From assembly GCA_011364965.1 (NCBI GenBank), contig RDOB01000014.1, positions 1 through 12,050 of the forward strand: a DNA stretch of 12,050 nt, written 5' to 3'. Each line of letters begins with the position of its first letter. The stretch's first letter is position 1. Below are positions 1 through 5,585 of the stretch, in pieces. Made by a program: the position numbers and the translations under genes. A model generated the notes under the pieces. That model was not told the origin of the DNA. It did not search any database and worked only from the letters and a program-made list of their open reading frames with translations. Source of the stretch: Candidatus Heimdallarchaeota archaeon (GTDB lineage: Archaea; Asgardarchaeota; Heimdallarchaeia; Hodarchaeales; Hodarchaeaceae).

Positions 1-456
1 ATCCAGTTTTTCCTCGGTAATCACATGAGTTTCTGCAAATACTTCTTCAATTTCTCCTATGAAAAAGTAATGCGTAGGTAAATCTACCGTTTTTACTAAT
101 TTGCATGCAATATTCACCGGGCACTCACTTATGAACGGTACGTTTTGATTGTCTGCGTAAAAAATGTGAAAGAGGGAGGATTTATCGTATTTTCTACCAG
201 ATATCAACCCACATACATCTGTTTTTTCCAGCAGACTCGTATTGGGAATATTAATACTAAACATGTTTGTCTGCTTTATTCCGACAGCTGTATGATGTTT
301 TTTATTCATGGTTATCCCCCACATGGGTGGTTTCATATTCACGCGAGTAACCCAGGCAAGAGTCATGAAGGTTGGTTTCCCATCCACTTTTGTCCCAATG
401 ATTGTGACTGGCATCGGTACAGGAGAGATATTTGTATCTAGCTTCGTTTTACTCAT
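1..456 (-). CDS. Flavin reductase-like / flavoredoxin family FMN-binding protein (5' part; runs off the window edge)
   Basis: Manual reverse translation from ATG at 456 is open to base 1: MSKTKLDTNISPVPMPVTIIGTKVDGKPTFMTLAWVTRVNMKPPMWGITMNKKHHTAVGIKQTNMFSINIP...CGLISGRKYDKS...VPFISECPVNIACKLVKTVDLPTHYFFIGEIEEV. PMPV, FSINIP, SGR.xDK, ECP and H.FIGEI are typical of this family. Archaeal SD GGTGA lies just upstream. Confidence 0.92.
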   Translation of the reverse strand, partial: MSKTKLDTNISPVPMPVTIIGTKVDGKPTFMTLAWVTRVNMKPPMWGITMNKKHHTAVGIKQTNMFSINIPNTSLLEKTDVCGLISGRKYDKSSLFHIFYADNQNVPFISECPVNIACKLVKTVDLPTHYFFIGEIEEVFAETHVITEEKLD

Positions 457-652
457 CTTTTTCACCAAATTCTATTTTTCTTCTGAAATTAGTATGAAAT
501 GATCTATTATTCCTTTGATGGGTGATTTCGTACAAGTGTCCTTATACAGATTTCTTTTTAGAACAATATACGAACAATAGGATGATATCTGGATTAGTAA
601 CACCAAAGTAGGTGGTTACTAAGAGATGAGCATTTTGCAGGATTTGCTGATA

Positions 653-1045
653 TTAGAATTCGAATTTGTATACTTTTACCCCTTTGATCTGTGTGATGCC
701 CTCTTCTGTCGTTAGGAGGGTTCCTCTTTTCTTTTTAGCTAACTGTACTAATACACAATCTGCTAACGACAGCTCAGGGTGTTTAGTTTTTAATATCCCT
801 ATTTCTAGCACATCAACTTCCTTTATTGGTTCTTCAATCAGTGGTACTTGGCGTAACGCTACTAAGCGAACTTGAGCTACTTCTTTTCCAAATTTTTGGC
901 AGCATTTATAGAAGAATTCTGCTAATATTAATCTTGGGATATATCCCGCCACTTGTTTGGTCACCACCTTTCGCATGTACTCTTTTGCTTCAGAGTGGTC
1001 TGCAAAAAACAAGCTTAATGCTCCTGTATCCCAGATGAGCCTCAT
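653..1045 (-). CDS. vapC: PIN-domain ribonuclease toxin (VapC family)
   Basis: 130 aa. N-terminal IWDTG, conserved E in LILAEF, LSLADC and LLTTE (E at the usual T-x-D position). Overlaps the upstream AbrB-type gene by 4 nt (ATGA). Confidence 0.9.
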   Translation of the reverse strand: MRLIWDTGALSLFFADHSEAKEYMRKVVTKQVAGYIPRLILAEFFYKCCQKFGKEVAQVRLVALRQVPLIEEPIKEVDVLEIGILKTKHPELSLADCVLVQLAKKKRGTLLTTEEGITQIKGVKVYKFEF

Positions 1046-1287
1046 TTTTTAGCCTCAACTTGTTTCCTTTCTTTCTGGCGTTCTTCATAGATTTCTGCGA
1101 TAATTTCTTTAGCCACTGGCAATTCTGAGGCATCCGTCAAGTCAAAGAGATCAAGAATCGGGACAATTATTATCCCTTCAGCTGTTTCTAGGAACCCCAC
1201 TTCATCTCCGGGTTTTAAATTCAATTTTTTTCGATATTTTGCGGGAAAGTTAATCATTCCATTCTTGGTTAATTTTGCTTTTATCAT
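1042..1287 (-). CDS. AbrB/MazE/SpoVT-family DNA-binding antitoxin (VapB-type)
   Basis: 81 aa with AKLTKNGMINFPAKYRKKLNLKPGDEVGF...GIIIVP, a canonical AbrB swapped-hairpin signature. Translationally coupled to the PIN gene. Confidence 0.9.
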   Translation of the reverse strand: MIKAKLTKNGMINFPAKYRKKLNLKPGDEVGFLETAEGIIIVPILDLFDLTDASELPVAKEIIAEIYEERQKERKQVEAKK

Positions 1288-1310
1288 GAATATTTCTTCT
1301 TTCCATGGTA

Positions 1311-1325
1311 TTTTAAATTTTCCCT
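1311..1325 (-). promoter_or_regulatory. Putative archaeal BRE/TATA promoter of the abrB-vapC operon
   Basis: Minus strand reads GGGAAAA-TTTAAAAT about 25-30 nt upstream of the ATG at 1287, which fits a leaderless or short-leader transcript. Confidence 0.5.
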
Positions 1326-1362
1326 AGAATATAAGAGGTTCTAAAAGGGGAACTAACATCCC

Positions 1363-1422
1363 AGTCAGGATGAAGGAGGGATAAGCTTAACCCTAAAGAC
1401 CTGAAGTTCTTCATCCATGACT
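1363..1422. repeat. Imperfect inverted repeat / stem-loop
   Basis: AGTCA-GGATGAAG (1363-1375) pairs with CTTCATCC-a-TGACT (1409-1422). Inner near-palindrome AGGGATAAGCTTAACCCT at 1377-1394. Confidence 0.6.
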
Positions 1423-1571
1423 TTATGTGAGAACATGGCTACTCAATAACATTTCTATCAGAGAGAAGCTTAATCAATAATTTTAATCCCTATCATCTCG
1501 AAATAAGAACGATTTGTAATGACCAGAGGAAGATTATTTTCCAACGCAATTCTCTGAGTTCAAAGAAATTC

Positions 1572-1604
1572 AACCTCACCATTAAGCGCTGGGAGTGAGG
1601 TCAT
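1572..1604 (+). mobile_element. Possible decayed IS200/IS605-family (TnpB-associated) right end
   Basis: AACCTCACCATTAAGCGCTGGGAGTGAGGTCAT is a GC-rich hairpin (ACCTCAC/GTGAGGT) ending in GAGGTCA. It resembles the archaeal IS605 right-end pattern GCCTCGCCCTTTAGGGCGGGGAGGAGGTCA as recalled from memory. No tnpA/tnpB ORF nearby. Confidence 0.4.
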
Positions 1605-1606
1605 AT

Positions 1607-1646
1607 TTAGTTAACTAATTTAACTAATTTAATCAATTTAATTCTT
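1607..1646. repeat. Short 9-bp tandem repeat (TTAACTAAT x2 plus degenerate copies) overlapping a 12-bp palindrome
   Basis: Units at 1611, 1620, 1629 and 1638. TTAGTTAACTAA (1607-1618) is a perfect palindrome. Confidence 0.55.
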
Positions 1647-1826
1647 TTATGTAAATCTGAAAGGATAGTGGATTATTAAACGGGAAGGAATTTTTTCCAC
1701 AAATGGATTTGGGGTCACTAATAATTGTTTTAAAGGAGCTAGTCAATATACAGATAACTCAGGTCAAATACCGCTCTAAATTGCTTTTATTGCATATTCC
1801 TCCTTACTATCTTAATAGGAGCTATG

Positions 1827-1855
1827 ACAAATGTATATATATACAAATGTATACA
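1827..1855 (+). promoter_or_regulatory. TATA box with putative RHH autoregulatory operator
   Basis: ACAAATGTATA direct repeat (1827, 1843; 16-bp period), 14-bp palindrome TGTATATATATACA (1832-1845) and TGTATACA (1848-1855). The TATA-like core is about 25-30 nt before the ATG at 1866. Confidence 0.6.
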
Positions 1856-1865
1856 ATAGAATTAG

Positions 1866-2147
1866 ATGATTAATTTGAACGAGACAATCACTGCGCGATT
1901 AGATCAGGAAGATATTGAGTTATTAGATAAATTTGTTAGAATGGGATTATTTTCAAGCCGTAGTGAAGCGATAAGAATCCTCCTTTCACGAGAATTAAAG
2001 GAAGTAGCTAAAAAGCAGGTTAAAATGGAAATACTTGATAATCTTGAATTGAAACCATCATTAACTGAAGATGAATTACTTGATATAAGTTCTGGACTAT
2101 TTCCTTCTCCTGTAGCTTCTCATATTGCTGAAGGTCGTGAAAGATGA
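1866..2147 (+). CDS. Ribbon-helix-helix (CopG/MetJ-like) antitoxin
   Basis: ETITARLDQEDIELLDKFVRMGLFSSRSEAIRILL is a classic RHH signature. C-terminal IAEGRER tail; 4-nt ATGA overlap with the downstream PIN gene. Confidence 0.9.
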   Translation: MINLNETITARLDQEDIELLDKFVRMGLFSSRSEAIRILLSRELKEVAKKQVKMEILDNLELKPSLTEDELLDISSGLFPSPVASHIAEGRER

Positions 2148-2683
2148 AAAATACATACATTGATACAAGTATTCTCCTAGCTAATTGGGTAAAGACCGAT
2201 CCTTTTCATGAAGAGTGTAAGAAAGTAATTGAAGCCATAAAAACCAGAACAATTTATGGGATAATCTCTGGTTTGGGATTGGTGGAAATTTCATCTGTTG
2301 TAGAAAGACAACAAAACAAATTTTTGCCTAAACTTCCTCCAAACATTTCTTTGACTGCAGAGTATCTTAAGCGAATAATTATGGTCCCTAATTTAGAAAT
2401 AATCGACATTTTTCTTCCTAAGAGTGCTTTAATTGCAGGTTCAAAGATCGAACTATCACTAGTATATCTTCAAGCAATTGATTTGGCTCCAAAATTCCAT
2501 TTGAAGACTTTAGATAATCTTCATCTAGCCACATGTGTTCTTATAAATAGAACGACTAGAAAATCAATAGATTACTTTGTTTCTGGAGATCAGGAAATCG
2601 TTTCGAAAGCTCATCAGCTAAAATCCGAATATGGATTTTCTTCTGTGTTTCCAGATGAGCTAATCAAATTGGAAGGATTATAA
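2144..2683 (+). CDS. vapC: PIN-domain ribonuclease toxin (VapC family)
   Basis: 179 aa. YIDTSIL, LVEIS, LKTLDNLHLA and FVSGDQ supply all four acidic PIN catalytic positions. Confidence 0.92.
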   Translation: MKNTYIDTSILLANWVKTDPFHEECKKVIEAIKTRTIYGIISGLGLVEISSVVERQQNKFLPKLPPNISLTAEYLKRIIMVPNLEIIDIFLPKSALIAGSKIELSLVYLQAIDLAPKFHLKTLDNLHLATCVLINRTTRKSIDYFVSGDQEIVSKAHQLKSEYGFSSVFPDELIKLEGL

Positions 2684-2981
2684 AGAAGGAGTATTTACAA
2701 AGATGCTTTTTTTCTTGTGATAGTTCCTAAATGAAACAAATGAGTTTTCTTTCTTTGCCATTCTCCTCTTATTGGGAATAGTAACAATTTTTGCTAGGAA
2801 ACAACAATTGAAATTTTAGACTGAATGTAAAAAGAAAAACACCCTGATTCAGTGATTATTTTGTTTCTTAGACCGCTAGAATACGATCAAAGTTTTGTTT
2901 AGGTTTAGCGTAAAGTACTAAATATGAATTAAATATTTATAGACGTATACCAGTAAAATACTAAAGAGGTATCGAAAAAAT

Positions 2982-3266
2982 ATGCCCGAAAAAGTTTCAT
3001 TTTATACGGATGAAAAAACTTGGGAGAAATTTAAAGATCAGGTATATCGATCTAGTGGTACATTTCGGGCTCTTAGTAATTAATTAAACAAACTCATTGA
3101 AGATATGACCCTAATGCACCTAGAAAAAGAATTAAAGGCAATTAGACCTACAAAAAAGATGAGTTTCACCCTTGAGGAGATAAAGAGTAATCGACCCACT
3201 CCCCCTCAAGCTGCTGAAGAAATGATTCGAAAATTAAGGGATAACAATGCAGGTTTATCTCGATAG
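2982..3266 (+). pseudogene. Antitoxin pseudogene (RHH-like) with one in-frame TAA at 3081-3083
   Basis: Manual translation: MPEKVSFYTDEKTWEKFKDQVYRSSGTFRALSN*LNKLIEDMTLMHLEKELKAIRPTKKMSFTLEEIKSNRPTPPQAAEEMIRKLRDNNAGLSR*. GAGGT SD upstream, an EEMIRKLRD tail typical of archaeal VapB proteins, and overlap with a PIN start. Confidence 0.8.
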
Positions 3267-3387
3267 TTCTATGATTGTGAAACGCTACATCCAAGAACAG
3301 GGAACTTCATTTGTAGACTTCCTATTTGAAGAGGCGAATCAAGGAATTTTGACAGATTGGACACTGACTGAATTGATGATCTACTAG
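3247..3387 (+). pseudogene. Truncated PIN/VapC toxin (46 aa N-terminal fragment)
   Basis: MQVYLDSSMIVKRYIQEQGTSFVDFLFEEANQGILTDWTLTELMIY*. YLDSS..VKRY..E.G is a typical VapC N-terminus; the C-terminal catalytic half is absent. Confidence 0.8.
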
Positions 3388-3613
3388 GAGATGATAATAA
3401 TATTGATTTTGGTCATTTAAAGGGACATTACACTTCTCTAGGGGACATTCCATGGCTGTTTCTCCATCCAATTCAGTAAAAATGAGGATTATATGTCCCT
3501 CATATCCATATATCAGGATTTCGCTGAATCCTAAATTATATTAATCAGCAAATACCTTATGGTGATATCATCTTTTTCCTCAACTGAATGACTCAAGAAT
3601 CTAAATTATCATA

Positions 3614-3880
3614 ATGAATGTTGGAGGAATGAATATGCCTGAACCTATCCCAGATGCTATTAGTGAAGGGACATATTTCTACAATGAAATCTTATATGAA
3701 CATGCAATTCAGGAGTTTGAGAAAACGCTGCACGATGTTGAGACAGAGGATAACTGGCGTGTGAAAGCTATTATCTACTGTAATATCGGGGAATGCTACT
3801 TCCAAGTAAAACAATTTTCCAACGCATTAGAGAATTATGAAGTCACCCATTCTCTTATCAAGGAAATAAAACGCGAATGA
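3614..3880 (+). CDS. Short tetratricopeptide-repeat protein (about 2 TPRs; possibly truncated). Likely start at 3635
   Basis: EGTYFYNEILYEHAIQEFEKTL and AIIYCNIGECYFQVKQFSNALENYE are TPR-like. GGAGG at 3623-3627 lies 7 nt before ATG 3635. Confidence 0.7.
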   Translation: MNVGGMNMPEPIPDAISEGTYFYNEILYEHAIQEFEKTLHDVETEDNWRVKAIIYCNIGECYFQVKQFSNALENYEVTHSLIKEIKRE

Positions 3881-4087
3881 GTGGAGATTTAGATTCGATT
3901 CCGAGTAAATTAAGAGGATAAAATTCTACTACTACCTTATAAGCTCAAAAAATGTTATATGATTATTAACTTGATTAAAGAATTATCCTGAGTAAACATA
4001 TTACATTAAAAGTTTAGTATGTCGAAAAAAATAGGTATTAATTTAGAGAAGCCCCTCTTCCTATCTAGTAAAAAATGGGGTATTCAG

Positions 4088-5347
4088 ATGAAGCTAAAGA
4101 TCTTGGAACTATTTAAAAAATGTCCAAATAGACGAGTACTCATCATAGGGGGTGCTATTCTGATCATAGGGAACATGGTCGCTTCGATTGCAATCAGCTT
4201 TAACATTCCATTTTATATTTATCTTGAGTTAACAGGAAATCCTTGGCAACCAATCACCTCTGATTCGTATCCAGAAATAGGGGTAGAGACCATTGACTTT
4301 GTTGACTCCTATCATGGCTGGATTGCGGGACTGGATGGGATGATTATGGTAACTAAGAATGGAGGGAGAAACTGGGAATGGCAGCATTCGGGACTGGAAA
4401 TAGATATTCAATCTATTGACTTTTATAATGTAAATATAGGAGTAGCAATAAGTAAAGAAAGGCATATTCTTATCACTCAAGATGGAGGATTAACATGGAT
4501 ATTACTAGAAGAAGTAGGAGCCCTAGATAATAATACTGGAATGTCATTATGGGATGTGGAGATATGTAATGAAGAAACAGCCTATGCTCTTGGATCTTCA
4601 GGAACTTTTTTTAAAATAAACATTCCTACCTTTAATTGGAGTTATATCACAAGGACATCGAATTATCTTTACAGTTTCATTATGCTAAATGGGACGCATG
4701 GGTGGGCGACAGGAGCATATGGTATAATTGTTCATACAACGAACGGCTGGCAAACGTATGAAGTCCAGGATTCAGGTTCTTTACTGAATTTTCATGGAAT
4801 CTTTTTTTGGAACGAGCACAAAGGGTGGGTTGTGGGTTCAGATAACGCCATTTTGGCAACAACAGATGGCGGCCAACACTGGCGGACTCAGTACACATAT
4901 AAACCATTCTTATCGGAATATGCTCCACTTTTAGACGTTTTCTTTATATCGGAGTGTAAAGGATGGGCTGTGGGAAATAGACTGCTTTATACAAAAAATG
5001 GCGGAGCTTCGTGGATTACTATCCCTGATCGGGTTGGTCCAGAACAAATTAGCTTTGCTAATGATACACATGGCTGGGCGGTTTGGTTTCGGAAAGATCG
5101 TAGTTATATGACTTCCGTCGGAGGAGTTTTAGCTATTAATGAAGATTTAATGAATTTAGGTACAAGATTTTGTATCACTACTGGACTAGGTATTCCAGTA
5201 ATCCTTATAAACCTCCTGATACACCAACGAAATCATAAAATTCCAAAAAAATCTCAGGAACTAGTACATCAGTTATGTCCTGCCTGCTCTATGCCGATTC
5301 CGGCCCATGTGAGGTTCTGCAACTACTGTGGGGTACCACTTTACTAA
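4088..5347 (+). CDS. Membrane-anchored YCF48-like/BNR (Asp-box) beta-propeller protein with C-terminal TM and zinc ribbon (paralog 1)
   Basis: N-terminal hydrophobic helix and about 7 blades with FxDxxxGW and TxD/NGGxxW repeats (TKNGGRNW, TQDGGLTW, TTNGWQTY, TTDGGQHW, TKNGGASW). Second TM, then CPAC-x10-CNYC. Start 4088 is preferred over 4019 because of the GGGGT SD and alignment with the paralogs. Confidence 0.88.
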   Translation: MKLKILELFKKCPNRRVLIIGGAILIIGNMVASIAISFNIPFYIYLELTGNPWQPITSDSYPEIGVETIDFVDSYHGWIAGLDGMIMVTKNGGRNWEWQHSGLEIDIQSIDFYNVNIGVAISKERHILITQDGGLTWILLEEVGALDNNTGMSLWDVEICNEETAYALGSSGTFFKINIPTFNWSYITRTSNYLYSFIMLNGTHGWATGAYGIIVHTTNGWQTYEVQDSGSLLNFHGIFFWNEHKGWVVGSDNAILATTDGGQHWRTQYTYKPFLSEYAPLLDVFFISECKGWAVGNRLLYTKNGGASWITIPDRVGPEQISFANDTHGWAVWFRKDRSYMTSVGGVLAINEDLMNLGTRFCITTGLGIPVILINLLIHQRNHKIPKKSQELVHQLCPACSMPIPAHVRFCNYCGVPLY

Positions 5348-5585
5348 AAGGAAGATTTCGTAACATTCGGATTGTGCCAGCTTTATGGAATACATTTCAT
5401 TCATACTCAATTTTTAGAACTCGTAATAAAATTTATAAAGACCGATTCCTCATAATTCTAGATATCGGGGATATTCAAATAGACGAATTAGACACCTAGT
5501 GGAGTGGAAACTAGGGTTGAGGTAGATTATTCTTGTCTTTAAAACTTTAAGTCCCTGAACGTTAAATATTCAAAAGGGGAATAGT

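Noticed and set aside
145-502. Plus-strand ORFs 145..441 and 308..502
   Set aside because: Antisense shadows of the minus-strand flavin reductase gene, with no recognisable motifs.
666-1038. Plus-strand ORFs 666..875 and 826..1038
   Set aside because: Antisense to vapC, with no family features.
1367-1404. Possible C/D-box sRNA (AGGATGA ... CTGA)
   Set aside because: The C box is imperfect, the span is too short, and there is no convincing C'/D' pair.
3081-3083. Stop-codon recoding in the third antitoxin or at TGA 9307
   Set aside because: TAA, TAG and TGA all terminate intact genes in this window, and both loci show other signs of decay.
4019-4087. N-terminal extension of propeller paralog 1 from ATG 4019
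   Set aside because: Paralog alignment and SD position favour ATG 4088.
5467-5489. 13-bp match AAATAGACGAATT to the third-paralog remnant (9186-9198), preceded by GGGGATATTCA
   Set aside because: A match this short in AT-rich DNA is expected by chance in 12 kb, and flanking homology does not extend.
4229-5499. ORFs 4229..4480 (-), 4680..4928 (-) and 5275..5499 (+)
   Set aside because: They lie inside or overlap the propeller gene, have no motifs, and are likely spurious.
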